This document shows, piece by piece, positions 53,401-64,000 of a DNA stretch of 64,000 nt (position 1 is the stretch's first letter; every line of letters starts with the position of its first letter). The notes under the pieces are model-generated. The model made no database searches. It saw only the letters and a program-made list of their open reading frames with translations, and had not been told where the DNA came from. The stretch comes from Porphyridium purpureum (taxonomy: Eukaryota), in assembly GCA_008690995.1 (NCBI GenBank), contig VRMN01000001.1:124001-188000 (forward strand). The letters run 5' to 3'. The translations under genes were made by a program, and so were the position numbers.

Positions 53401-54103
53401 TCACTTCTGCAAGACCCGGCTCCAGCACGCGCTCAAGAATGGTCTCGACTAGAGCCGGTGCCTTGACTTGACTAGCCACCAGCTCATTCCTGGAGCTACG
53501 CGTGCTCTTGAGTACTACTTCCCTGAGCGTTTCTTTGAGCACCAGCAGCGACTGCAATGATGTGTGTAAATCTGATGCAATCGCACCGCGCACCAAAGCT
53601 GGAAAGAGCTCTGGCCATTCGGCCTTGAGCACGTCACTGCGCGCCATTTTCCCGATCACCAAGGCGATCTGTGTAATGATGCTCGACACGGGCTCAGCAC
53701 CAACAATGCCCAGCAACGCGGCACGAACTTGTGCTTTTTCGCCTTTGTCCATGTTGTAGTACCACGGTCGACTCGCGGTGTTTTTGGCCACAATCGCGGC
53801 AAGCAGCCGCACGCTCGGGTTTATGAGTGCAGATATCACGTCGGCGTCCGAGGTTCCAGCGCCGACGTGGACAATTCCGGCTCGCAGCACTGCTGCTTCA
53901 ATGGACGCAGCATGATCCTTCAGCTGCTCAGAAAGCGTTCGCGCGGCATCTGGCCGCGCCAGAAGAACCAGGCTTAGCAAAAACCCTGGCGCGCTTTGCC
54001 ACTGGTCCAACTTGGCCTCGGCCGGCATCCGCACCTCATCGCGCTCACTTTGAAGCTCGTGCAGCACCGCCACGATCTCGTGCGGTTTCACCTCGACGCC
54101 CAT
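50432..54103 (-). CDS. Importin-beta family protein, importin-11/KAP120-like
   Basis: N-terminal 'RMPAEAKLDQWQSAPGF..VRLLAAIVAKN..IGKMARSD..EWPELFPAL'; 'ELEEWADDPESF..LRPVCEAM'; helical HEAT-like body. Confidence 0.85.
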   Translation of the reverse strand: MGVEVKPHEIVAVLHELQSERDEVRMPAEAKLDQWQSAPGFLLSLVLLARPDAARTLSEQLKDHAASIEAAVLRAGIVHVGAGTSDADVISALINPSVRLLAAIVAKNTASRPWYYNMDKGEKAQVRAALLGIVGAEPVSSIITQIALVIGKMARSDVLKAEWPELFPALVRGAIASDLHTSLQSLLVLKETLREVVLKSTRSSRNELVASQVKAPALVETILERVLEPGLAEVMELSRNITHEDALRNHPVYMRFILAFKCVRLIFSNLTLDLMTVESIPRRFFSFLSRPECAYEFDPDDEEAAVSAVESQQQSHHFHADQLRHGGTMRFLMHALSVNAARSLVHIQRRHPMEMLGFLPPFITAYAGVLGRMGSRPRRSVKYCRLGATLLRNILTCQSYYNLRLYSVNGIGNGNESDGDAQDNEWGLPVLASGEDPSHEQHPRRHEQDPQGEEVVVQDDDILEEIDEHLEEHLKHDMYMNALMLIRALFVRLDGWLFCEQVAASVFVLQPEELEEWADDPESFRRDEDAAEYEPDKHLRPVCEAMLMALMERNPFVKRKLLGLLERCASESRQTWDAMLFPEQAAAAGFVADPSAFLRYEACLRIVGKAYAIWHDKVPLKEILDEKFSILIPAANVSLNADGHFALPVQVRALLARSVWFIGMFSESVRPPVDHITVYKLLVHFLLPKNGDLVISIATCQTLHYIADSLSFVPDEFVPMLQPAVERAYNLIDDCQEFDTVRQILDLVSLLFMKCPPPASVSMLELVARHVPRLIASTINIHASADARDGGRQTLPSTTSLLLSNTGRNSFTDRSVDDQTLMANCVLAQLRYVVDGVGEMFYTNRVVCELVFEMIRYTIRSNEDTFGTSYSLLDGLELWHCTVSVSSEYRPELHAMLDALTYVSDRTEHLSIILRLIESYVILGGEHLLAQKSGFFCELLLPLFHEVRPRAVLLLLETLDWMLLVDQAAGFQHAFPLLPEVYAQALGSIDDAYVSAVSLVTLCRLLVQRNDLWQQLVRTVSDIRTAEQYTDLMFFFAVRVFDLFDEMHTTPRQKVATLALCEILKQNCADRRSFAALPRFVLLALGLHQEMNIEEDSQRSLSAEDGAAVAIAGAGGGAGAGAGSSGARELSFADDACDAYEAADFIDLRGSLHYERHPGARRHAQLKQADVLVQLDATAVLHEIASTVRALCQSDMTLVQTAARELPEEQQRQLLTILGTTTP

Positions 54104-55289
54104 CTTCACCTTTCGGCCAAGGTCCCTTCGCCCTGGTCACCTCGCGCGAAAGATTCAGCAGCAGAAGTCCCTATGTCTGCAACGAGAGTGGAATGAGAGC
54201 AAGAACAAGACGCGAGTTGGTCGCGTTCCAGAAACGCTTCCAGGGTCGCGCTTATGCTCGTCAGCCTGCCTCGATGCTCGAGTGATGCGGCGCAGCCACC
54301 TGTCCCCGTGGCAAGCACGTCCGACCTTTCTCGCTCCTTCTCAATTTTGTGTTTCCCCTTACGAGATCAGCCCAGAGACCGACCGGGGCGCCTGCAGCCT
54401 CCTGCTGTTTGAGCATGCGAGATCCTTTCGTGATCACTACGCTCGAGGAAGAAGCCTCTGTGACATGGGAACTGTGAGAGGAGCACGTCGCACGCGGGAG
54501 GAGTTCTGCGCGCAAGCGAGCGGGTTCTTGAGTGATCAGGTCAGCCCAGTTTGTATTCTGTGAGCTCGCGCTCAGCACAAACGATAAGCCACGAGCTTTA
54601 TAGGAGCTTTTACGTATACCGCGCACTTCTGCAGACGCGCTTTACGAGGAGCGAGACTAGCGCGCGACTGTGTCAACGTGCCGTCCGTTGATTTGCGAAA
54701 CCATGTTTTCTCCGAACGCGGAGAAAGGCCGGAGTCAGATGCAGGACATGCGTAATTTCAGAAGCGAGGCCTTCTGTTTCAGCAAGGCCGCTGTCTTGCG
54801 CAGTGACGGGCACGCGCAGATCGTCAAACGCTGCACCAAACGACCAGCGTGCGCCTCTTCCACGGCTTCCTTCACAAAACCCGTTCATCAGTTTCTTCCG
54901 GTTCCCGATCGAACGGTCAACCGGCTAAATGGCTTGGTTCTTGTGCCGGTCTCCTGCTCCAAGCAGGTTGGCGTGTCTGCGTGCGTGGTGAAGGAGTAGC
55001 TGCGGCACGTCAATGGAGAAGCATGCGCAATTTGCGCCCATGATTGGGCTTGGATACTGCATTTTGCCATCCTTGCACATACCATGAAGTTTAAACGAGA
55101 GGCGGTGCTCGTTAATGCGGCTGACACTTGGAACAACGAACGGCGCCACTGCGGAAGTACGCTTCCGAGTGTTGTGGAAGCACATTGACATTGTTGTAGA
55201 GCACGGCTCCCAGAAGCGCAAAGCGTGCGAGTGGGCAAAAAATTAATGCCGGCACGCGTGCGATGCAGAAGCAACTCCACTGCGGCCCG

Positions 55290-56162
55290 CTAGGATGCAG
55301 AGACAGAAAAGGTATACACATGCAAGGGGCTCGATTTCGCACCAAACTCAAACAGGTTCTGCTCGATGTGTGCGTGCGTCCACCGGATGCTCAACCTCAA
55401 CAAGGACATCCGGATCAGCTGCTTCAGTGGCTGCATTCGCGACCGAAAGGCTTCCGACAAGATTGCGCCTCGGCGCCGCGCCATCAAAGTCAATCTCGTT
55501 GAAATTTCAACTTCCATGGCCTTCAATCGTCGCATGTGTTTTTGAGACTGCTGAAAAGCGAAATCAAAGATTTCACAGAGAGATCGACGGTTTCTCACTT
55601 GGCACCGAACGCAGATCTTTACCTCGCACGGTGATGGCGTCGCCCAAAGAAATGCACTCCAACATTCATAGGCTCGATACAAGAAGTCGTCCTTCGTGCA
55701 GGCACGCGCAAAAGCAGCGTCGCGACGAATACTCCAGTACCAGAACTCCTCGTGAACGTACGCCGCTTTCCCGTGGAGTGGCGCGTGTGTCAAAGTATTC
55801 TGCAGTTGCGGTCGGAGCTCGATCACCAACGATCTCGCATCTATTTGTGCATCGTCCTCGGCTTTCACCGCTGCCGCATGAGCCAGTAGCTCCACCTGTC
55901 TCATGGACTCTGGGAATGCGTACGTGCTCGCGGCACGTACGCGATGCTTGTGGTCAATGAAAGACGGCCCATGCAAACCATGGCTTTTGTTGCCATTGAG
56001 CTTCACTCCGCTCTCAATAGTATCGACGGCGCGGCCTTCCGTCAGTACTAAGTCAAAGAGCTGCACGTGCACTTGCGCCAGCTCGTGCCGGATTTGAGCG
56101 CATGCCTTCGCGTTAAGCTGCAGAAACAGCTCGGCGCGAGACCCGACCAGGGGCTCCGGCAT
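55290..56162 (-). CDS. Hypothetical protein
   Basis: About 290-codon ORF with plausible composition; no motif recognised. Confidence 0.35.
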   Translation of the reverse strand: MPEPLVGSRAELFLQLNAKACAQIRHELAQVHVQLFDLVLTEGRAVDTIESGVKLNGNKSHGLHGPSFIDHKHRVRAASTYAFPESMRQVELLAHAAAVKAEDDAQIDARSLVIELRPQLQNTLTHAPLHGKAAYVHEEFWYWSIRRDAAFARACTKDDFLYRAYECWSAFLWATPSPCEVKICVRCQVRNRRSLCEIFDFAFQQSQKHMRRLKAMEVEISTRLTLMARRRGAILSEAFRSRMQPLKQLIRMSLLRLSIRWTHAHIEQNLFEFGAKSSPLHVYTFSVSAS

Positions 56163-56661
56163 GGAATAAAACGCGACGTTGGAGAACAAGTAGAGCGGGC
56201 CGGCAGATCAATGGCACGAGCGCTCTAGCGTGAACCGGTCTCTGATCACAAGCTACACATTCAGAAGCACCCTAGAGACGCGGTCAATGCTTGCGCCACC
56301 TCATCTCGGCAGCTCAACAAGGTTTCAGGAAGTACACTCATGAGAGGCACCGATACAAAGATGCACCCAACCACTAGCCACCACTGACGCGTCCATTCAT
56401 TGGCTCACGACAAAGAAACAAACAACGGGCATCCACGGCCGCAGCATTCGCACTCCAGATGACCTGCATGTATGCGCGGCGGCACAAACGACACGAGTCC
56501 GTACTGCGTTCAGCGTCAGCAGCCCCGCACCACACAGTGGCCGCAACAATGTACCCACCCTGTGACAGGTCCGGCGTTCACGGCGCAAAGTCGACCCCGG
56601 TCGGATCTTTTCAAGCACTTTTCTGGGATGCTGGTCAAGGTAGGAGACTTCAGCGGCGGGC

Positions 56662-57894
56662 ATGTACAACAACGTAGGACTGCGTACGGCACGCGGCTCC
56701 GGGACAAGCGGGCACGTCCAGAAACATAGCGCGCATGTTGCGTGGGAGACGCTACAACAAGAACAGCAGGCATTGGGCAAAGCGGCACCTCCTCGGCGGG
56801 CGAGCGTATCGGTCTTGAACAAAGTCAAGGCCACGAATCCTGCGCTGGTGAGGCATCAGAAGCTGCGCAATGTTGAGCTGCAAGTGCGTGAGAAAGAGGC
56901 CGAGATGCGTGCCCGAGGCGAAACAGATGCCCTTAGAATCAGCACACAGATAGAAAAGCTGAGGGCTCAGTTGATGGAAGAAGTGGATGCTACCCCGACC
57001 GAGCAGGAGGTCGCTGGGAAAGCGAGTCGGAAAGCGCTGTGGGAAGCTGACGATCAGAAATTGCGTCACAATCTGGTAAAGCATCAAGCATCTCGTAGCG
57101 CCGGTGCGGTTGAAAAGGCGGCGCAAGGCAAGGAGTCGACAGAACCTGCCGATACTGCGCCTCCCGAAGCACTATGCCCACCGGGCGCAGAAATGGAGCG
57201 CATGGATCGTGAACACAAAGTGACAACTTCAGCAAAGGTTTCCGTCGGGTCTATTTTGGTCGCCAGACACGCCACCACGCTCCCAAAGCCATCGCCTCTA
57301 GAGAGACCAAGCAATCCTGGCACTGAGGATAGAAAAGGTTCGGACGCAAAGACAGAGGCAAAGAAGCATGCAGAAACACTGGGGAAGAGGCGTGCGCGAA
57401 TCCATCCTGACGCAAGTCTCGGACCAAAGGCATTGAATGAAGGGAGGGAGAGAAAGCGAACGAAAACTCGTCGCACTGGAGAAATTCCGCATCGTGTTGA
57501 AAAGAAGGAGAGCATGCGGCGAGAAGAGTTGCGACGCAGGCGAAGCCGTCGAAGTGCTCCTTCGCCTCCGACTTTGTCATCACGGGCCTCCTCTTCGTCT
57601 TCATCACCCGGCTCGTCCTCATCGTCGTCCTCATCGTCGTCGTCACCCAACTCTCCTTATTCGTCATGCTGTGATTCGAGTTCGACTTCACGGGGAGGCT
57701 CGACGAGCTCGACGAGCTCGACAACTTCCAGCTCATGCTCGACGTGCGAGAGGCAGCAATCTCGAAGCGAAAAAACTAGACGTCGAAACAGGAAAACACT
57801 GCGAGAAAACAAGGTCGCCCGACACGGTCGCCGTAGCGGAAAGAGGGAAGTTCACCGTTCGGCGGAACGGGTCAAGAAGAGCAGCCCGCGATGA
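56662..57894 (+). CDS. CWC21: Pre-mRNA splicing factor CWC21/SRRM2-like
   Basis: N-terminal 'MYNNVGLRTARGSGTSGHVQK', cwf21 helix 'HQKLRNVELQV..IEKLRAQL' and an Arg/Ser-rich tail. Confidence 0.9.
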   Translation: MYNNVGLRTARGSGTSGHVQKHSAHVAWETLQQEQQALGKAAPPRRASVSVLNKVKATNPALVRHQKLRNVELQVREKEAEMRARGETDALRISTQIEKLRAQLMEEVDATPTEQEVAGKASRKALWEADDQKLRHNLVKHQASRSAGAVEKAAQGKESTEPADTAPPEALCPPGAEMERMDREHKVTTSAKVSVGSILVARHATTLPKPSPLERPSNPGTEDRKGSDAKTEAKKHAETLGKRRARIHPDASLGPKALNEGRERKRTKTRRTGEIPHRVEKKESMRREELRRRRSRRSAPSPPTLSSRASSSSSSPGSSSSSSSSSSSPNSPYSSCCDSSSTSRGGSTSSTSSTTSSSCSTCERQQSRSEKTRRRNRKTLRENKVARHGRRSGKREVHRSAERVKKSSPR

Positions 57895-57928
57895 TTCACA
57901 ACCATGCACATTTATTTGATGCAATGAG

Positions 57929-59347
57929 TCAAGCTAACTTTCGGCCAAGACTACTTACAGGGCAGGCCAGAGCTTCTCGGAATAATCTAGAAAAAATTTG
58001 AGCATCGAATGATCCGTTTCGATACATCGCGACCGAAGTTAAACTGGCAGACAGAGAGCTCAAATCCGACGCGCCTCGGTGACCGTAAAGTACCTTGACA
58101 CCCGAATTGAGCGTAGCGGCAAAGTATGCAACCGAAGAGCGAGGTGATAAAACAAGCACGTCGGCGCGTGTCATATCGTGGAAGGTAACCGCCTCATTGC
58201 TTTCATACTGAACCGTTTGGATCGAGAGTGGGCTTGCCTTTGACTGCGCTGCTTCTAGCATCGCACGAATCCGTTGGAAGGCATCGCTACCCAGGGCTGC
58301 CTTGTTTTCATCGTACAGAATCACGTTGGCTGCTTGCAAAATGGCTGTGCTCTCACGCAATTGGGCGGTGATGACAAGGATGCGCTGCACGACAGCGCCA
58401 ATGCGCTCCGCAAGCGCAGCATCATCCTGGACAGGCCGACGTGCGAGAAAGACAACGATATTCAAACGCGTCTTGTCGAGCAGGGAGCCCCGGGTGAAGT
58501 TGCTCGATCCGTAGTCCAGCAGCGCAGAACGCATCAACGGCCCGGACAGCGCCACATCACGCGCCATGCGGTCGATCGCGATCTTCTCATCGGGAGAGTA
58601 GGCGGCGAAGGAGCCAGGCATCAGTTCAAGTACTGACTGCTCTGGCACTTGGCGTGTCGCCTGCTGGAGTTCGTCCATCGAAATTCCGACTTTGGACGTT
58701 TTCACTTCTTTATAGTCCCTCTTTTGCCGCAGGAAGCTTGTCAATGTTTCTGCCTCTTCTGCAAACAGAGTATGGTCTATCAATCCCGCGGTGAGCTGCA
58801 CGAACTGAGGAGACACGACCAAGGCCAAGTCGCTGAGAAGGCATAAATTGAGAGCCAGGTTCAGAACAGCCAAATTCTTGCCTAGCCCGCCGAGCACAGA
58901 GTACGGCGCCAGCAGGTACTTTTCTTTGGCGTTTTCACCAAACAGCACGGGACGTTGTACTTTCTTCTCGTTCCTCCAGCTCGCACACGATAGGCCTTCC
59001 GGCAGAACCTGTTCAGCCGCTGTGAGCGGCGCGTCCAGCGCGGCCGACGCTAGACCGACCTGCCCGCGGAGCTCCGGCTTGGGATCCAGGAAAAACTCGT
59101 CCAAAACCAATTCCACCGCATCCCGGCTGAGCGTCCCCCCACCCTGCGGGCCCATGACAAAGGCACCGCCAGGAAAACTGTCAAAGTGTCGCAGCAGCGC
59201 CGACTTGTGCCGCCACATGCGCAGCCCAAAGTACACCACCAGCAACACGGCCACGCCGATCCAGCCCAAGTTGGGCGACAGCGCACGCGGCGTTGGCGGC
59301 GCACGCGGCGACGCGTACGGCAGGACGGGCTTCTTCTTTTTCGCCAT
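57929..59347 (-). CDS. Type II membrane protein, possible Golgi glycosyltransferase-like
   Basis: Basic N-terminus, single TM 'WIGVAVLLVVYFGL', 'GGLGKNL' and C-terminal 'TFHDMTRADVLVLSPRSSVAYFAATL', reminiscent of fucosyltransferase-type motifs. Confidence 0.7.
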   Translation of the reverse strand: MAKKKKPVLPYASPRAPPTPRALSPNLGWIGVAVLLVVYFGLRMWRHKSALLRHFDSFPGGAFVMGPQGGGTLSRDAVELVLDEFFLDPKPELRGQVGLASAALDAPLTAAEQVLPEGLSCASWRNEKKVQRPVLFGENAKEKYLLAPYSVLGGLGKNLAVLNLALNLCLLSDLALVVSPQFVQLTAGLIDHTLFAEEAETLTSFLRQKRDYKEVKTSKVGISMDELQQATRQVPEQSVLELMPGSFAAYSPDEKIAIDRMARDVALSGPLMRSALLDYGSSNFTRGSLLDKTRLNIVVFLARRPVQDDAALAERIGAVVQRILVITAQLRESTAILQAANVILYDENKAALGSDAFQRIRAMLEAAQSKASPLSIQTVQYESNEAVTFHDMTRADVLVLSPRSSVAYFAATLNSGVKVLYGHRGASDLSSLSASLTSVAMYRNGSFDAQIFSRLFREALACPVSSLGRKLA

Positions 59348-61919
59348 GCCAGGTCGTTTCGAGCTTTGGTCGTCTCCTCTTTGGCGCTTCACCTGCCCTC
59401 TAGGCACAGAAACCGCAAACACTAACCCTATTAGGGTAGGGTTTCTCCGTTGATCATCAGCTGAAACTGTACCTCTTTACTGTACCGCATGCCTTGCAAG
59501 GCTAGTGCAGGAGGGCCGAACATGCAGAACGACGGAAAACTTTGTGCCCAGGTTCTGGTAATGCGCGCGCGCGGGCACGTACCGCACGTGTGGTCTTCTC
59601 GTATCGAGGACGATGCATTATCATCCGTTCCACGCAACACTTCTTCTTCAGGAGAAACTCCATTTGCAAGGTACGCGGAAGAACATTCTCAGCCACAAGC
59701 GACTCTGCAAATCCGCACTGTCTGCCCGGGGTGCCTTGTAGACAGTCGCATCTGCCTTCTCATGACTCGTGTGGGAGGCATCGTAGGCGTCGCTCGTGAC
59801 TCACTCCCATATCCCGCACTGAAGTCCGACAATCAGTTTGCAGGAAAGACATGCACGAAACTGTTCGACGGCTTGCTTTCTTGCTCGCTTGCGTAATTGC
59901 TTAATTGCTTGATTGATTGATCAGCGCAGCTCAGTAGCTTTGTCCATTTCATAGCGGATGGATGAATCCGTCATTTGGGCGCCCAAAGCTACCTGATCAT
60001 CAGAACTGATACATTCCGGCCTCGGCTCTACAAGGGCGTGCATATATTTAACACTTACGTAGCTTTTCAGAGCTTCTACTGGTCTGCAGGCCTTTCAGGC
60101 TTTGAAGCCGGTTAGAAAACTGACCGGCTAGCTTTACGCTAAAGAGCTCAGGGTGGTCCAATGTTGAGGACATTGATCCGACATTGCGCAGCCTCGACAA
60201 GATTACTGCCCGATTTCCTATTGTAGTGGATGGAAATCTGGCCATCCCTAAAAAAATATCAGTGTATTGATATCAGCTTGTCATATACCATTCGATCATT
60301 CATATCGCTTGCCAGCACAGAAATATGAACATCCTAGCCATATAAATTTAGAATTCCATCAAAGTTACCAAATAGACCAGCACATGTCGAAAACATGTGT
60401 TGAAGACGTCCGAAGAGAAGAATTTTGCAGACAGGGTCTCTGAGTTGAAACTGAGATATGCTATACCAGTCCACAGCTTTCCTATTCAATTGCGGGTGAA
60501 CACCATGTCCCACGATAGAAGAAACGCTTTGTCCATTTCATCAAGTCTTGCATGGCATGTTTAGGGCGTGGGGACTGGAGTGAATGGATCGCTGGCGGAC
60601 TGTATAATAGTGCTGTAAATATGGAAGTCCTCCCAGGATCGACTAGCACTACTCAAGAGGCAGACTGTGGTAATTTTTAAACTTTTCTGTGCTCGATTTT
60701 GACGTGTGATAACCTCCCTCGCTAAGAGGATGAAACACACATACCTGCACTCAATCCGTAAAAGACCGTAAACTACTTAATATCTCCTGTTTTGACCTGG
60801 TGACTAGCTTTTTGATATACTGGACGACTCATGCATCAGGCACCTCCAGCTCTTCACAAGCTTTCAGGTACTTGTTCTTTGCGTCTAGAACAGTAATAAG
60901 GGTCTAAAACGAGAGGTCGGACCTTCTGTGGTAGGCGACTAAATAGCTTCAGCACCGTGGTCTTTTCACGGGTGCCCCCTTGTATCAAATACCTTCTTTC
61001 GACTGTGACTGGAAGCCGTAAGATCCTTCAGAAGTGAAGACCTTACTAGGACTGATTAGGATCCTTCTCCACACGCAGAGAAAGTAGGCCCATCCAATCA
61101 TGCACCTTATCGCTGAGAGCTTCCATTCAGACGAGTTTATCTTGTGATATCGGATGCTGGCCAGCCGGGAAGCTAATGCACTTTGCTATCGGGCTACCAG
61201 AAGGGAAAAGTTGTTTTGTGCTACCTTGCACGTATGCGAAAGGTTCTCATGCTATCAATGACCCTGGAAGCACTCCCAACGAAGTAGGTCTTTCCGTAGC
61301 CTTGGAGTGGAGCTTGAGCTGAATTTCCCAACATCGAGCCAGTTCACGTTTGAAGAGGAAGTCCATGCTGACTGCAAAGTTTCCTTGGACCTATTGAGCA
61401 ATCACTGGCTGCATCGAAGGTATGCATACAAACTTTTCCACCGGTTGAAAGTCCTGAGGGTGAATCTCCTCGTACGAAAGTCAGATTCTGCACCAGTCAA
61501 CATTTGCTCATGTCCAGCAAACCTGCATTCACCACCTTGCAACCGATTTCCGCTCCAAGCAAGTTTAACACTGCTCGCAAGAGCTTCCTGAACCCTGGAC
61601 ATAAACAAGCCGGATAAACATGGTCCCGCGTAGGTGGCTAGGGTCAAACATTTCGCCGCCGCGGTTGCAGGATAACTAGGAAACGGCGGCACATATATTT
61701 CGTCTGGAGCATGCGAGCGGGAAGAAATTTACTCCATACTAAGAACACATTTGATAGGTCTTTTAAATAAAATCATCAGGGATGGAGCTAAAGAACTGTT
61801 TGAAGAAATTTTGAGTCTTTTTGCGGACAGGTTAGTCAGACTACGGTAGGCTTAACACATGGAAAGACACCAGAATTGAAGACTCACATCCTCATTGGCT
61901 GGCCTTTCATACACACCTA

Positions 61920-63356
61920 AAGTGCGACCAAATCGGATAGGGGACAGTACCTCTTTCAAGTTTTACTAGTAAAATGATCTGCTTTACTATAAAAAGGATA
62001 GAGGTCCGGTGAAAAGGGAATATGAAGGAGGTCAAAACGGATAGGGGACACGGCACATTTCTGGCCATTACTCAGCCATAGAGAATCGGAATTGGTCGCG
62101 GTTTCCTTGCACGCACGCGCCTCGAAGATACGCACAGTTAAATATTCGTTTCGGCAGCGACGCGTACAAATTGGCCATCACAGGCTGGTCCAAATCCTCC
62201 CAAGCCAGTAAAATGGCATGCTTGATCTCTAGCACCGTCTGATACAGCCTTGCACCTTCGTGAACTTTGCGCGATAGTATCCCCCACAGATTCGCGATGA
62301 TATTGAAGTCCGGCGAGTACGCTGGCCAGTAGAAGCTCCACATTCTCGTCATTCATGAAATTCTTAACCAGGCGACTTGTGTGCACTGGCGCGTTATCCT
62401 GCTGAAAAACCATGTTCGGGCCGACTATCTGACGGCAGCAGTCCAGCACATTGTTCTCTCGAAGCATGGAAACATATTTTGCAGCCATAAATGACCCCTC
62501 AATAAAATGAAGGTGAATCTTTCCTCTTGCAGAAATTGCACCCCAAACCATGCATCCACCGCCGCCGGAATGTCGCGACCAAACGTCTGGAACGTCCGCC
62601 GCACGCTCAACCCACGTCTTGTGGAAATCATCGGGTCCGTCCAGGTTGAACTTCTTTTCGTCAGTGAACACATCTTCGGCCCAATTGGTCTGTTCCAGCT
62701 GATGATGCCTGGCCCAGGCCAGCCTCTTGAGTTTGCAATTGAGTGTCAGTGGCGGACAAGCTGGAATTTTGCGGTATGCATGCGTGACACTCATTGCCTT
62801 CCTGATTATCGTCAAACTTTGGATTGGTTTAGCTCCACGAATTCGCAGAGCTGCTTGAACCTGACGTGCCGTGTGAATGTTCGGAAGCTTAGCGATGTTA
62901 AAAATCTTCGTTTTGACTGCCTCAGTCAGCTTTAAAGCGTTCACATTGGCATATTTCTGGCAGTAGTCGTTTGGAGCCGACAAATAGCGGGAAACCACGT
63001 TCTTCGAGCGCCCAATTTTGGTCGCAATGGCTCTCACGCTGTTGCTCGACTCTCGGAGACCCTGGATACGTCCTTTCTCCTCGCCCGTAAGGCCAATATT
63101 GCGCCCCATGGAGTCAAAATGGAGCTCTTCACGAGCTGCGATGGATCCGCACTTTTCCGCTTACACTGAACCGCCGACGTCCGAGATATTTCGCTTCCAC
63201 GCAGTGTCCCCTATCCGTTTTGAGCCACAAATTTCGTCGTAACCGTTGTAGACGAACCCCGCCGTTCTACTTTCATAGCAGAAGATTAAAATTTACTATT
63301 AATTAACTATTTTTTCTAAACATTTTGACTGTCCCCTATCCGATTTGGTCGCACCT
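61920..63356 (-). mobile_element. Tc1/mariner DNA transposon with IR/DR-type ends
   Basis: 29-bp TIRs (AAGTGCGACCAAATCGGATAGGGGACAGT; one mismatch) with TA flanks (61918-19, 63357-58). Inner copies of CGGATAGGGGACA at about 62038 and 63205. Confidence 0.95.
62068..63109 (-). pseudogene. Tc1-family transposase, frameshifted
   Basis: HTH start 'MGRNIGLTGEEKGRI', 'FTDEKKFNLDGPD', 'FQQDNAPVH'. A frameshift near 62335 continues into 'WPAYSPDFNIIANLW', where the catalytic E position reads A. Confidence 0.9.
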
Positions 63357-64000
63357 TATGAACCAGCATGTAAATGTCATAGGCCCAGCAGAGCTTCTGT
63401 ACAATGGTCTTGGTCTTGTAGAGCACTTTATGCTTTCACATTTTCTTTAATTCCGCACAGGGAGGGTTTGTATTTTGCTTTTCAATGTCAGTATCTATTA
63501 TGGCAGCCCCTGACCGGCTTCTGGCTGTTGAGATAGCAAGCTTGCGCCCAAACGCCCGTATATCCCGCCATTCACGATTTTGCTCAGTGCATTGCGCAGC
63601 ATTTCTCTCAACCTCTTCCATGTCAAATTCTGCACATCGCGAAGATCAGAACGACCATTGCTGTATGGATAGAATAAACAAAAGTCTCCGTGTCACCGAT
63701 TGCGAAGATAGACTTTATCTCTCCTAGTCTTGAAAAGTGAAAATCAGTGTAACGCCGAAACTACAGAGATTTGGTGTGAAAGTTTACAAAGCTGCACAAA
63801 ACGCGGGCAACTTTCAGTTCCGAGCTCCACTTGTTATACAGCTTTGCCGCTTGGCCTTTTGACAAATTCCACAGACAGAGGTACAGGGCACAGTTTCACC
63901 TCTCCGAATTTTGACATTGAAATTTCCTTTCTTTTGGGTTTGAAACTGAATCGACAAAATCCGATCACTTAATCGAAAATAGAAACGAAAAAGCGCCACA

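Noticed and set aside
57590..57745. TCG/TCA-rich repeats
   Set aside because: They encode the poly-Ser tract of CWC21; ordinary low-complexity coding sequence.

Overview
Eukaryotic, intron-poor, GC-rich nuclear DNA from a plastid-bearing organism (CCB1 is present; gene style is consistent with a unicellular red alga such as Porphyridium, which is inference only). Host genes: three tandem SEL1-repeat genes, DPM3, Dopey/DOP1, a CBS-domain protein, ARP8, a CxxCxxCC (YkgJ-like) protein, CCB1, ASF1, a TOM1/THH1-like membrane protein, an importin-11-like protein, CWC21 and a type II membrane protein. They are interleaved with transposons. Two intact LTR retrotransposons with identical LTR pairs are the highlights. 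(1) 39885-45447 is an apparent chimera: Ty3/Gypsy-type Gag and protease fused in one ORF to a Ty1/Copia-type INT-RT-RNaseH. It carries a TRF/telobox-like Myb domain after the integrase, a half-tRNA(Met) primer site and non-canonical ends; a decayed relative at about 2.9-8.9 kb retains the same architecture. (2) 28137-33995 is a Copia element whose PBS is a perfect 15-nt complement of its own LTR (Tf1-like self-priming), with TG...CT termini and gag/pol separated by one in-frame UGA-CGG (readthrough context). Both sit under 200 bp upstream of host start codons. Also present: a solo LTR, two dead Tc1/mariner elements, an ankyrin pseudogene and a probable Gypsy relic. All alignments and motif calls were made by eye; no database searches were run.
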